This document shows positions 39,256 through 48,576 of a stretch of DNA of 64,000 nucleotides, one piece after another. Every line of letters starts with the position of its first letter. Within the stretch, counting starts at the first letter, position 1. Under the pieces are notes generated by a model. It was not told the origin of the DNA. It saw only the letters and a list, made by a program, of their open reading frames with translations, and ran no database searches. Location: contig CAYVXD010000002.1 of the NCBI GenBank assembly GCA_964454265.1, positions 888 through 64,887 of the forward strand, read 5' to 3'. The DNA comes from an uncultured Candidatus Sumerlaeota bacterium. Lineage in GTDB: Bacteria; Sumerlaeota; Sumerlaeia; MWCT01; JAUWMI01. The position numbers and the translations under genes were made by a program.

Positions 39256-40800
39256 AGCTTCTTTCCCCGACTCCCTGGATTGCTCCTTCTGGTGTCCTGT
39301 AAACTGGCTCTTAAACTCCTTTATGGCCTTGATCATTTTCTCCTGTAACTTGTCGGACAACTCTTTGGCTGTATCAATTTCGTGAGCGATATCGGGATAA
39401 TGCTTTTCGTGATATGCTTTAAATTCGCGCTCAAAGCGCAGTACGTCCACAACCGGCAGATCGTCGAGAAACCCCTGCGTCGCCACGAAAATAATAATTA
39501 CTTGGTCGGACAACAGCATAGGGGTATATTGCTCCTGTTTCAATATCTCCACCAGTCGCTCTCCGCGAGTGAGCTGATCGCGGGTAGCTTTGTCCAGATC
39601 AGAGCCAAACTGTGCAAACGCTGCGAGCTCACGGTATTGCGCAAGGTCAAGCCTGAGCTTTCCTCCAACGTGTTTCATCGCTTTGGTCTGTGCATGTCCA
39701 CCCACGCGCGAGACCGAAATGCCCACATTAATCGCCGGCCGCACACCGGCATAGAAAAGATCCGGCTCCAGGTAGATCTGGCCGTCTGTGATCGAGATCA
39801 CGTTGGTCGGTATGTATGATGAGATGTCGCCTGCCTGGGTTTCGATAATAGGGATTGCAGTGAGGGAACCGCCTTTGAGATCGTCACGCAGCTTGGCTGC
39901 CCGCTCGAGAAGCCGACTGTGGAGGTAGAACACGTCGCCGGGATATGCTTCGCGCCCCGGCGGACGACGCAGAAGCAAGGAGAGCTGGCGATAGGCGGCC
40001 GCATGCTTGGAGAGATCGTCGTAGATAACCAGCGCGTGTTTACCATTGTACAGATATTCTTCGCCCATGGCACACCCTGCGTAGGGCGCAATATAAAGCA
40101 GAGAGGCTGGTTCATCAGCGGTAGCAGCGACAACGGTAGTATGGTCCATCGCGCCATGCTTTTTAAGTATGTCTACCACCTCTGCGACGCTGGAGGCTTT
40201 TTGTCCGATAGCGACATAGATGCAATGGACATCTGTGTTTCTCTGATTTATAATCGTATCTACTACAATAGCCCCCTTACCTGTCTGGCGGTCGCCGATG
40301 ATGAGTTCGCGCTGCCCGCGGCCAATAGGGATCATCGAATCAATTGCCTTGAGGCCAGTCATCAGAGGTTCCTTCACGGGTTGGCGTGATACCACGTTTG
40401 GCGCCTTGAACTCGATAGGGCGAAATTTCTCTGTAGCGATTGGCCCTTTTCCATCAATTGGCTGACCCAGGGAATTCACCACACGGCCAAGCAGCGCATC
40501 ACCCACGGGAACCGAAGAAATTCGGCCTGTCCGCTTGACAATATCGCCTTCTTTAATACCAGTATCAGAGCCGAATAGAGCTGCACCGACGCTGGTCTCG
40601 TCGAGGTTCAAAACAACGCCCATAATGCCACCGGGGAACTCCAGAAGCTCCCCGGCCATTGCTTTCTGAAGGCCGTAGATCGTGGCGATTGAGTCGCCGA
40701 TCTTGAGGATTGTGCCAATATCTTCAATCTCAAGGGTGCTCTGATACTTTTCCAGCTCTTGCTCCAGGATTCTGGTTATCTCTTCAGGTCGCAGTGCCAT
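39241..40800 (-). CDS. atpA: ATP synthase F1 alpha subunit
   Basis: [18 protein letters not shown] Walker A. 519 aa. Confidence 0.95.
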   Translation of the reverse strand: MALRPEEITRILEQELEKYQSTLEIEDIGTILKIGDSIATIYGLQKAMAGELLEFPGGIMGVVLNLDETSVGAALFGSDTGIKEGDIVKRTGRISSVPVGDALLGRVVNSLGQPIDGKGPIATEKFRPIEFKAPNVVSRQPVKEPLMTGLKAIDSMIPIGRGQRELIIGDRQTGKGAIVVDTIINQRNTDVHCIYVAIGQKASSVAEVVDILKKHGAMDHTTVVAATADEPASLLYIAPYAGCAMGEEYLYNGKHALVIYDDLSKHAAAYRQLSLLLRRPPGREAYPGDVFYLHSRLLERAAKLRDDLKGGSLTAIPIIETQAGDISSYIPTNVISITDGQIYLEPDLFYAGVRPAINVGISVSRVGGHAQTKAMKHVGGKLRLDLAQYRELAAFAQFGSDLDKATRDQLTRGERLVEILKQEQYTPMLLSDQVIIIFVATQGFLDDLPVVDVLRFEREFKAYHEKHYPDIAHEIDTAKELSDKLQEKMIKAIKEFKSQFTGHQKEQSRESGKEAVGAG

Positions 40801-40867
40801 AGAACATGCCTCGTTTGTTCTGCTTCAGCCCGTTCCATTTCCTGCAGGAATGAAACGGCGCATTTCT

Positions 40868-41431
40868 TTACTCTTCAAACAGCGAGACCTCCTGCAGTCT
40901 CGTCTTCAGTCTCTTCAGCTCTTCCTGCACGCTCGCGTCAACCACCTCGTCCTGATGCTGGAAGATGATTCCACCGAGAATCTGCGGTTCTACACGGTAG
41001 CTCAGGCGTAGCGGGATGCCGGTAAATTTCTCAAGAGCTTTGTGGAGGGGTGGCTTCTGGTCTTCCGCAAGTGTGATGGCTGTGATTACAATACCCGAAT
41101 AGATGCCCTTATGTTCTTGAAGGAGTTTGTGATACTCAAGCAGGACGGGTTCGACATAAGCGACACGTCCTCTTGCCGTCAGGAGCAGGAGCAGATTAAA
41201 GATAGGTTGGGCGTAGGCGTCACGAAAAAGTTTTGCCAGGACGGCCTGCTTGTCGGACAATGCGATTGTTGGGGCTTCAAGGAAAAAGCGCAGTCGGGCA
41301 TTCTGTTGATACAGCTGAGCAAGTTCCTGAGCCTGGCGGGCAATAGACTCGATGGCCTGCTGCTTAAGCGCCACGTTAAAGAGCGCGTGCGCATAGGCTT
41401 GTGTAACGCTACGGTCAATTTCTTCCGGCAT
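40868..41431 (-). CDS. atpH: ATP synthase F1 delta subunit (OSCP)
   Basis: 187 aa, AYAHALFNVA N-terminal helix. Position in the operon supports the call. Confidence 0.85.
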   Translation of the reverse strand: MPEEIDRSVTQAYAHALFNVALKQQAIESIARQAQELAQLYQQNARLRFFLEAPTIALSDKQAVLAKLFRDAYAQPIFNLLLLLTARGRVAYVEPVLLEYHKLLQEHKGIYSGIVITAITLAEDQKPPLHKALEKFTGIPLRLSYRVEPQILGGIIFQHQDEVVDASVQEELKRLKTRLQEVSLFEE

Positions 41432-41952
41432 CAGTTTTTCTCTATGGTATCAATGAATGATGATATAAGCTGGCGATGTTTTGCCTCGTCCAGGCGCTCT
41501 TTAATAATCTTCTCCGTGGCCAGCAAAGTCATTTTGATAATGTCTTGTTTCAGCTGCAGCCGGGCTTTGGCGACTTCCAGCTCGATATTCTGTTGCGCCT
41601 TGTCGGTAATCTGGCGAGCATCCTGGCGCGCCTTATCTGCGATTTGCTGCGCCATGCGGCGACCGTCTGCAATGGCGTCCTGGATGATACGGCGCGCTTC
41701 GACATCAATGTTTTTTAGCTTTTCGTTGTAGTCGTGGTCTAGTTCAATAAATTTTTCTTCCAGCGCTTTGATGCGGTCGAACTCTGAGGAAATTTTCTCC
41801 TTGCGCTCATCAAGCAGTTGGAGCAAGCGACCCCAGGCAAACTTTTTCAGAACCCAGACAAATACCAGGAAGGCAATTATCTGCGTCACAATCTCAGCAA
41901 TGGCTTCATGGACCTTGGGGTCGCTCAAGGTTGTAAGCAGCGATTGCAGCAC
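41431..41952 (-). CDS. atpF: ATP synthase F0 subunit b
   Basis: Single N-terminal TM followed by a long charged coiled coil. Operon position supports the call. Confidence 0.85.
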   Translation of the reverse strand: MLQSLLTTLSDPKVHEAIAEIVTQIIAFLVFVWVLKKFAWGRLLQLLDERKEKISSEFDRIKALEEKFIELDHDYNEKLKNIDVEARRIIQDAIADGRRMAQQIADKARQDARQITDKAQQNIELEVAKARLQLKQDIIKMTLLATEKIIKERLDEAKHRQLISSFIDTIEKN

Positions 41953-42047
41953 TCGTCACTCCTTTACGTAAGATAGGCGTAAGAGGCGCGCGCCAGCCTT
42001 GGTAGAACCCACGGATGGCACGTGCTATTGGTCCCTCAGAAGCTGCG

Positions 42048-42272
42048 TCAGCGCGCCAGGAAGATGGAAATCAGGGCGTAAATCGTGATTGCCTCAATGA
42101 ATGCGCAGCCAATGATCATGGAGGTCTGAATTTTACCTGCGGCCTCCGGCTGCCGGCCAATTGCCTCCATAGCAGAACTCACTGCGCGGCCCAGGCCGAA
42201 TGCTGATCCGAGCGCAGCAATTCCCAATCCGATTGGATACGCAAGCGACAGCGCAACATGTGGATCCATCAA
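42048..42272 (-). CDS. atpE: ATP synthase F0 subunit c
   Basis: 74-aa two-helix hairpin, GRQPEAAGKIQT loop and ion-binding Glu in AFIEAITIYALI. Confidence 0.9.
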   Translation of the reverse strand: MMDPHVALSLAYPIGLGIAALGSAFGLGRAVSSAMEAIGRQPEAAGKIQTSMIIGCAFIEAITIYALISIFLAR

Positions 42273-42331
42273 ACGTCTCCTCTCTTAAAGTCTAGAATAA
42301 TCACATCCACGTCTTGTCCCGTCTTGCCTGC

Positions 42332-43243
42332 TCAGGGCTGTTCCTCGTGCGGTAAGACCAGGAGTATATAGATCGTTGACAGAATCGCAAAAACCGCTGC
42401 CTGAACCGTTCCTAAAATGACCGCCAGGAAGAACGGAATAAGCTGAATGGGAAACCCGATTGGAATAGCCTCGAATCCTGTAAGTCCGAACAGTGCAATC
42501 CCGAAGACAACAAACGCGCCAATCAGTATATCTTCGCCCAAGACATTGCCAAAGAGACGCAATGAAAGGGAAACGGGCTTTGCCAGCTCCTGAACAATGT
42601 GCATGGGGAACATCAGCGGCACCATGCACCAGGCGATCACGTCACGCGGCTCGCCTGCCAGGTGGTCGAGGTAGCCCAGCACACCCCGCTTCGTGATGGC
42701 GACATACTGCACGTAAAGGAAGGTACAGAGCGCGAGCGCAATGGTTGTGCGATACGATGATGTAGGCGCCTTCATGAACGGAACAATGCCGCACAGGTTA
42801 TTAATCAGAATAAAAAAGAAGAGTGAACCAATGTAGGGAAGAAACCTACGTCCATTTTCCTTGCCCAGGATACCGCAGAGAAAATCGTGGAATTTCTCGA
42901 CCAGGAGTTCCAGAAAGTTCTGGAAGCGAGATGGTATCATGAGCCGGCGGCGTGTTCCGCGAATCACGATTACGCTAATGAGCACGACGATGAGCCAGGA
43001 GAAGACGGGATTTTCCCAGTGATGAAGGAATTTCACCACCGGCGTATCTTTTAGTGGACTTCGCGCAAGCACGGTGATGAAATTTGCGACTTCCGGTGGA
43101 CCTGTCTCCTCGGCTTCGGAGTGTGCCGTCGCTTCCGCATGTTCCGTTGTGACGGACACCTCAGCCTCCTGGTGCAAAGGAGAAAGTTGCTCTGTATTCC
43201 CTGTACCTGACAGTTGAAGCTGGTCTGAGTTAGAATCTGGCAT
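42332..43243 (-). CDS. atpB: ATP synthase F0 subunit a
   Basis: Conserved Arg in LSLRLFGNVLGEDILIG. 303 aa, multi-TM. Confidence 0.9.
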   Translation of the reverse strand: MPDSNSDQLQLSGTGNTEQLSPLHQEAEVSVTTEHAEATAHSEAEETGPPEVANFITVLARSPLKDTPVVKFLHHWENPVFSWLIVVLISVIVIRGTRRRLMIPSRFQNFLELLVEKFHDFLCGILGKENGRRFLPYIGSLFFFILINNLCGIVPFMKAPTSSYRTTIALALCTFLYVQYVAITKRGVLGYLDHLAGEPRDVIAWCMVPLMFPMHIVQELAKPVSLSLRLFGNVLGEDILIGAFVVFGIALFGLTGFEAIPIGFPIQLIPFFLAVILGTVQAAVFAILSTIYILLVLPHEEQP

Positions 43244-43245
43244 GA

Positions 43246-43650
43246 TTACTTAGAATCAGGACTCGTTCTGGTGCTCTGATTTTGTTGTGCCTGACTTGCC
43301 TCAATATACATTTTGCCGGCGGCCTTCAATATAAGAACGATAAATATCGTATTGAAACCGAACAGAAAGCCGGTTGTAGAAAATCCGCCGTTGCGGAAGA
43401 AGAGAAATGCAATAAAATAGAGCAGCGGGAATTTCACCACCGCCCAAATCAGGCTCCTGATCTTATTTCTCTCTGCAAACATTGCAACCACTAATTTTTC
43501 GATGAGCCAGAAATTTACAATGCTCAAACACGAGGTCACAGCATACTGCACTGCCCAGAGCATGCTGACGTAAACTGCGCCGTACAATCCTATGATGGCG
43601 GTTAGTATTAACGCAGTTATGCGCGTTCGTTTGAGAAATTCGCGTTTCAT
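43246..43650 (-). CDS. atpI: ATP synthase protein I-like small membrane protein
   Basis: 134 aa with 4 TM helices, immediately upstream of atpB. Confidence 0.6.
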   Translation of the reverse strand: MKREFLKRTRITALILTAIIGLYGAVYVSMLWAVQYAVTSCLSIVNFWLIEKLVVAMFAERNKIRSLIWAVVKFPLLYFIAFLFFRNGGFSTTGFLFGFNTIFIVLILKAAGKMYIEASQAQQNQSTRTSPDSK

Positions 43651-43662
43651 GCTAAGAATCGC

Positions 43663-43899
43663 CTATTTGTCCGCTGAGGATTTTTTGATTAATGTATACG
43701 TTTGATGCACGCCGGCAAACAAGCCCAAAAAGAGCATGATAAACTGGAACCAGGGGCTGGTGTGCAAGAGATCATCAATCAGGCGGCCAAGCACGTATCC
43801 GATTAGCGGGGACGCTAGCATAATCATGGGAATCATTGCCAGCGTGCCGATCTGACGAATCTGGCGATAGCGCTCCCGCCGATCGTCTTCCTGGGTCAT
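43663..43899 (-). CDS. AtpZ/AtpI-family small membrane protein (ATPase_gene1-like)
   Basis: 78 aa with two TM helices and an N-terminal R-rich segment. It is the first gene of the atp operon. Confidence 0.6.
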   Translation of the reverse strand: MTQEDDRRERYRQIRQIGTLAMIPMIMLASPLIGYVLGRLIDDLLHTSPWFQFIMLFLGLFAGVHQTYTLIKKSSADK

Positions 43900-44337
43900 T
43901 TCGTGCGCCTTTCAATGCCATGCCACTGGAATGCTCACCCGACGATGAAGCTGTCTTACAACACTTCGTTATAGGACTTCGTAAGAACCCGGGTTTTTGA
44001 AACGATTGCCGGCTCGATTCTGTCCCGGCCCGGCATTCGATCGACACATTCAGGTGGGAATTTTGCGCTCATTCTTCCCACAAAACGAAGCGAATCCTAT
44101 ATACCAGAATGCGGGCGCTTATCAATGAAAAAAATGCGAGGGTTTTCTTATGTCTCCCAATGTCTACAATTTGAAACATCCTGCGAAACACCATGGCATT
44201 GCGATGATTTCCTGTTTGTGCGAAAGGCGTGGAATTTTCTTAGCAAAGATTGTGAGGCAGGAAGATATAAGCCGTTAGTGGATGTAATGGCAATTGAAGG
44301 GGTGAAATCTGCCCTAACGGGACAGGCAGGGAAGTGA

Positions 44338-44595
44338 TCATGCCTCCTGGGTGAGCGATGCATTCTTTTTGATCTTCTCTTCGCCTTTTACGTAAATTGC
44401 CATATCATAGAGTTCAGTATATCCGCAGAGGGTACAGGTGACAAAAAAGTACTTGCCGGTATTTGAAAAGAGTTTTGGGAAGCTAGGGGTAGGGAGCGCG
44501 ACTTTCTGGATAACGCCAGCCTTGCCCCGGCATTTCTGGCATTGGTATGTCTCGAGAATCCGTTCTTCAAAACCCATTGTCCTTCTCCTTACCAA
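44338..44595 (-). CDS. Zinc-ribbon protein (two CxxC pairs)
   Basis: YQCQKCRGKAG...FVTCTLCGYTELYD. Confidence 0.5.
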   Translation of the reverse strand: MVRRRTMGFEERILETYQCQKCRGKAGVIQKVALPTPSFPKLFSNTGKYFFVTCTLCGYTELYDMAIYVKGEEKIKKNASLTQEA

Positions 44596-44745
44596 ATCAA
44601 AAACAGTATTAATCTATATGCTGAGTTGGCATCATTTGCAAGTATTTTTACGGAGAGATGGCAAAGAGGTCCCCTTCATCCGTCAACCTTCGGTTCAGAT
44701 TAGAGGATGACGTTCGTTTAAAGGGATATATCCAGTCCGGCAATT

Positions 44746-44799
44746 GTAGGGGCGGGGTTTCCCCGCCCAGGGCGACCCACCGCGGCGGGTCGCCCCTAC
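44746..44799. repeat. GC-rich nested double hairpin starting with GTAGGGGCGGGG, downstream of gene 44917..46005
   Basis: GTAGGGGCGGGG ttt CCCCGCCC ag GGCGACCC accgcggc GGGTCGCC CCTAC. It may act as a terminator or belong to a REP-like element family. Confidence 0.7.
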
Positions 44800-44916
44800 G
44801 TCTCACCATCGATTCGTTTTTATACACCCTATTTATCCGAACAACCCAGAACCAATCAATGTCTTTATTTTAATTTAGCAGCTTTTTCAGAGGTTGACAG
44901 ATCAGGGCAAAGAGGC

Positions 44917-46005
44917 TCAATCTCTTCGTGCGGCGCTATATAGCCAGTAGAGCACGGCAATAGCAACACTTGCGCCTGTTCCATAGAAGAACTGAGGGTC
45001 GAGTTTGGTGGCGAGAACAGTGAACAGCACTGCCAGGATCGCCATTACCACTGACAGCACAACGGCCTTATCGTACTTGCCGACCGGCGCCTGTCCCTTT
45101 TCCACTTCGCCAGAATGGCCGTTCACTAACATCTGGTAGCGGTTATCTTTATAGTGGTAGGAGATGAACCAGAGTGGAACGTAGATGAGCTGGGTATCTT
45201 TAATGTAGGTTGTGGTATCAACATCGGTGGCTCTCGCGAATTTTCGTAGGGCCAGGCGACGTTGGTATTCGATGATCTGGTTGCGGGTGTGAGTTTCTGC
45301 GTTTTCGCGAATAATCTGGCCGTTAAGGATTGGAAGCGATTTAGCCAGCTCGAGGCTAAAGGGCTGGCTGCCTTTGCGGAAGTCGGTCTGGGTGCTGGTT
45401 TGCTCGCCCAGGCCGAAGTTCAGGACAAATCCACCCCAGTCGGCCTCAACGGATTGGCTGCCTGGGTTTAATGCTTCCAGGCCAAAGTAACGTTCCGGAT
45501 CCTGGCGTGCATAAATAGCCCAGTTGAGCGTTTGGGTGAATTCGCCAATCACAGGTGCATCGTATGTATCCATTCGACGCGACCGGCCAGAACCGACCCA
45601 GCGCACTTGCTTGTTCAAGCCGGCCCAAAAGGTTCGCGCCTCAATAGTAGTTACCCAGAAGGGGAGGAAGAAACCTTCGGTGGTATCAAAGACGGCTTGC
45701 TCATCAAGGTCAGCCGCCTTGAGGAACCCTTTGCTCATCCATTCTTGGCAGATTTGCTGGATTTGCGCTTTTGTATACCTATTCGGAATTATTCTGTGGT
45801 TTTCGACCTTCACAATTCGGTTGAAGCCAGTAAGCATATTGGTGGTTCCGCAGTAGGAGCAGGAAATGAGATATTCTCCCTCCACGTACTTGATGGGTGC
45901 GCCGCAGCTCGTGCATTTGAGTGTCCTGGTGACTTCAGGAGTCTCGGCTTTTGCTGGAATGTTTTCTGACATTAGCGGTATTCCTCCCACGCAGCCTGCC
46001 GGCAC
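44917..46005 (-). CDS. Hypothetical protein with N-terminal double zinc-ribbon (CTSCGAP...CSYCG) and C-terminal TM helices
   Basis: 362-aa ORF. Cys pairs at the N-terminus and two hydrophobic helices at the C-terminus (AVVLSVVMAILAVLFTVLA / GASVAIAVLYWLY). Confidence 0.55.
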   Translation of the reverse strand: MPAGCVGGIPLMSENIPAKAETPEVTRTLKCTSCGAPIKYVEGEYLISCSYCGTTNMLTGFNRIVKVENHRIIPNRYTKAQIQQICQEWMSKGFLKAADLDEQAVFDTTEGFFLPFWVTTIEARTFWAGLNKQVRWVGSGRSRRMDTYDAPVIGEFTQTLNWAIYARQDPERYFGLEALNPGSQSVEADWGGFVLNFGLGEQTSTQTDFRKGSQPFSLELAKSLPILNGQIIRENAETHTRNQIIEYQRRLALRKFARATDVDTTTYIKDTQLIYVPLWFISYHYKDNRYQMLVNGHSGEVEKGQAPVGKYDKAVVLSVVMAILAVLFTVLATKLDPQFFYGTGASVAIAVLYWLYSAARRD

Positions 46006-46468
46006 GGAACTATACGTTTACCACAAGTTGAAATGTTAGCAAGCCAAAGACTCAACGCAAGGGAAAAGTTGCAGACGCACATTGAAAGAATTGTTGTAAC
46101 CATAGCTGACTAAGAGCCCGCTATTGCTCTGTTGAAAACCTTAGACCATACAAAAGAGGATATTGAAAATGATGGGTTCGCCACCTTGACGTAGCACGGG
46201 CGTCTCGCCCGTGTGGATTGACAACTATGGCACAAAGATCATCCGCCTAGGCGGATGCCACGTTATCAGAGCCACATTGACACTCCAAGTAGAATGGCGG
46301 TTCGATTTATTTCTGGCAGGATGTAAGGCTTTTCAACAGAGCATGCGTCTGTAAAAAAAGGATTGATTTTACGGATGCACAATGACATAAAATTATAACG
46401 TAATGCTGTCGCGGAAGGGCCTGATTCGTCTCAGCCTTTTCCATCCTTCCCTTGAGTTGACCAGTTGT

Positions 46469-46545
46469 CGGGGCGTAGCGCAGTTGGCTAGCGCGCAGCG
46501 TTCGGGACGCTGAGGTCGGGGGTTCAAGTCCCCCCGCCCCGACCA
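46469..46545 (+). tRNA. tRNA-Pro (anticodon CGG)
   Basis: 77-nt cloverleaf: acceptor CGGGGCG/CGCCCCG, U8-A9, D-stem GCGC/GCGC, anticodon stem CAGCG/CGCTG with loop TTCGGGA, T-arm GGGGG-TTCAAGT-CCCCC, discriminator A and encoded CCA. Plus-strand ORFs 46307..46552 and 46393..46671 overlapping it are spurious. Confidence 0.9.
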
Positions 46546-46868
46546 GATGCAACTTTGCGAATTTATGGGGTAATATGGCAGAAGATATTTATAAATGCTT
46601 GTGAGAAAGCAAAAATACAAAAAACAGTAACAGTCCATGCCCTCAGGCATAGTTTTGCAACCCACCTTCACGCCGGAGGCGCATTTTCAACTTGAGTGCG
46701 GAACTGACCTGAGGTACATTCAAGAGATTTCAGGGCATAAAAGTTGAAAATGCGCCTCCGGCGTGCAGTAAGACTACCGAAATCTATACGCAAGTGAGCA
46801 CTAAAGATATTGGAAGAATCAAAAGTCCACTGGATAGTCTGAATATAATCAAGGGGCGTAATAAGTGA
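46546..46868 (+). pseudogene. Truncated, frame-disrupted tyrosine recombinase/integrase remnant (C-terminal catalytic region only)
   Basis: Three frames together read ...IWQKIFINACEKAKIQKTVTVHALRHSFATHLHAGG / TDLRYIQEISGHKS / KTTEIYTQVSTKDIGRIKSPLDSL. This is the box II region of Xer/integron-type integrases (HxLRHxxAT...LGH...TTxIYTHV). The N-terminal ~3/4 of the gene is absent and the remnant starts 1 nt after the tRNA. Confidence 0.75.
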
Positions 46869-46916
46869 CAAAATTTGTCAATGCGAAGGGGACCTCTGGT
46901 TCAGCCAGAGGGAGGT

Positions 46917-46992
46917 ATATCCGAACATAGTTCGTCTATACCTCCAACTTAGGCGGATATCCGAACTCGGTTCGCATGTGAACGAGTTAGAT
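46917..46992 (+). promoter_or_regulatory. Two palindromic direct repeats ATATCCGAAC-nnn-GTTCG followed by core GTTAGAT, upstream of the ATPase gene (operator-like / attI-like)
   Basis: ATATCCGAACATAGTTCG 46917-46934 and ATATCCGAACTCGGTTCG 46957-46974; GTTAGAT 46986-46992 fits GTTRRRY and is the exact reverse complement of the ATCTAAC that opens both downstream attC-like elements. A 7-bp hairpin CCTCTGG/CCAGAGG lies at 46893-46911. Confidence 0.5.
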
Positions 46993-47106
46993 GCAATTGG
47001 ACAGGAAATAACACTGAAAAGGAAAATGCTGCGTGATGAGGAAAAACACAAAATTGGTAACAAGGTGTGGGAGAGTGTATCAAAAAGATGAACTTTCAAG
47101 GGGGAT

Positions 47107-48408
47107 GTGATGAGAGAAGGCATTGTTGATAGGGTAAAGAGAGAAAGAGAAACCTATTTCAAGGACAGATTTGGGTTAAAATCAAATCCCTTTATATTAT
47201 CTCCTTACGGTGATATCAAGAGACTTGCAAGAGTATTTGTGGATAGAAAAGAAGAAATTGAAAGGGCAGTTGTTACATGTTTAGAAGAGCCTCGGAATAT
47301 CCTTGTCTATGGCATGTTTGGAATTGGAAAATCTGCTTTCATTCTCAAATTACTTTATGAATTTGCTAAGGCAACATATATTCGTTCCCTCACATCGTAT
47401 GGCTATATAGGAGAGGCTACTCCTAAAGGCTTTGTTGCCCAAGCATTGTTGGGTTTGGCTACTTCTCTGACTGGAAATGGAAAAGCAGAGCAATACAAAA
47501 AGACGCTACTGGGTACCAGTAGAGTTAAAGAAATAGAAAAAGAAATAAGCGGAGAGATCGAAGGTGGAGTATTAGTGATGAAGGGGAAAGGTGGTGGAAA
47601 ACTTGCATTTACATCTGCAGAAATAATAGAGACAAATCTAGACCAGTTAAAACTACAAGCCATGTTTAAAGAACTCGTAAAAATATCAAAGCACAAAGCT
47701 GACCGGATAATAATTGCGATTGATGAAATGGATAAGCGAAGCGCTGCGAAAGTCCAGGAAATTATTGCGGAATGTAGAGGTTTACTGCACGAGTCCGTTT
47801 CGTTTATACTAACTACCTCCTTAAGAGCCATGATCTACAGAGCAGATGAACTTGGCAAGAAATTAGATGATATTTATTCCACTTTTTATGGTGCATTTGA
47901 TGAGAAAATCGAAATAAAGCCCTTCTCTTTAGCTGACTTATCTACATTTGAAGAATTGGTTGAGAAATCTTTAGGATCAGTAAGAATTTCCGGATTCGAA
48001 AAGGGAATAGTTCCATTCACTAACGACGGAATTGAATTCATAGCTAAACGGAGCCACGGAGTTCCCCGAGTGTTCAACCGAATATGTAGAGATGTACTTG
48101 ATACTGCTTGGCGTTTAAAGCTTGAACAGATCAATTCGGCGGCTGTTAAGTATTGCTTCAGGGTAAAAGGGAAAGAAATTTTAGAAAGTTTACCTAGAAA
48201 ACAACGAAAACTTATCGATTTAATAAATGAGCGAGGGGGAACACTAGAAAGAGTAGATGATAAGCTTGTTACAAAATATAAAGCAAAAAATAAACAGGCA
48301 GTTTACAGGCAACTTGGTTTTTTGGTACAGAACGATAAGATAATAAAAATAGAAACAGAAGAAGGCACAAATTATGAAGTGATACCCGAAATCAAGGAAG
48401 TAACATAG
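47107..48408 (+). CDS. Orc1/Cdc6-like AAA+ ATPase with C-terminal winged-helix domain
   Basis: N-terminal NPF...FVDRKEEIERAVVTCLEEPRNILVYGMFGIGKSAFI (Walker A), IIIAIDEMD (Walker B), ILTTS (sensor 1) and GVPRVFNRICRD (Arg-finger/sensor-2 region). The C-terminal RKQRKLIDLINERGGTLERVDDKLV...YRQLGFLVQNDKI is wHTH-like. The gene is AT-rich relative to its surroundings. Confidence 0.7.
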   Translation: MMREGIVDRVKRERETYFKDRFGLKSNPFILSPYGDIKRLARVFVDRKEEIERAVVTCLEEPRNILVYGMFGIGKSAFILKLLYEFAKATYIRSLTSYGYIGEATPKGFVAQALLGLATSLTGNGKAEQYKKTLLGTSRVKEIEKEISGEIEGGVLVMKGKGGGKLAFTSAEIIETNLDQLKLQAMFKELVKISKHKADRIIIAIDEMDKRSAAKVQEIIAECRGLLHESVSFILTTSLRAMIYRADELGKKLDDIYSTFYGAFDEKIEIKPFSLADLSTFEELVEKSLGSVRISGFEKGIVPFTNDGIEFIAKRSHGVPRVFNRICRDVLDTAWRLKLEQINSAAVKYCFRVKGKEILESLPRKQRKLIDLINERGGTLERVDDKLVTKYKAKNKQAVYRQLGFLVQNDKIIKIETEEGTNYEVIPEIKEVT

Positions 48409-48486
48409 AGGGGGGGAGTGTATCATAAATAGAGATAGGCAAAAAGCAAGCAGCAAAAATTTTGCAAGATTTGGACGACCAACTGC

Positions 48487-48560
48487 ATCTAACACGGGCT
48501 TTGCGGCTTACTGCATTCTCTCAAATGCTTCGCACTTCGTAAAGCCCAAGAACGTTATAT
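48487..48560 (+). repeat. attC-like imperfect-palindrome element 1 (74 bp) following the ATPase gene
   Basis: ATCTAAC(a)cgGGCTTTGCGG...CAAATGCTTCGCACTTCG...TAAAGCCC aagaac GTTATAT. The outer sites fit RYYYAAC / GTTRRRY-like, and the inner stem is GGGCTTTGCG / CGTAAAGCCC. Confidence 0.5.
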
Positions 48561-48576
48561 GAAATTGCTATGATAC

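Noticed and set aside
42048-42272. Na+-translocating c subunit or N-type ATPase
   Set aside because: The ion-binding Glu is followed by Ala rather than Ser/Thr and there is no Gln at the helix-1 position. The operon has delta (atpH) and the canonical atpIBEFHAGDC order, so it is an H+ F-type operon.
44125-44337. Small ORF 44125..44337 (+) upstream of the zinc-ribbon gene
   Set aside because: It has no recognisable domain and lies in the atp-operon promoter region, so coding status is unsupported.
46307-46671. ORFs 46307..46552 (-) and 46393..46671 (-)
   Set aside because: They overlap the tRNA-Pro gene and the integrase remnant and have no coding signal.
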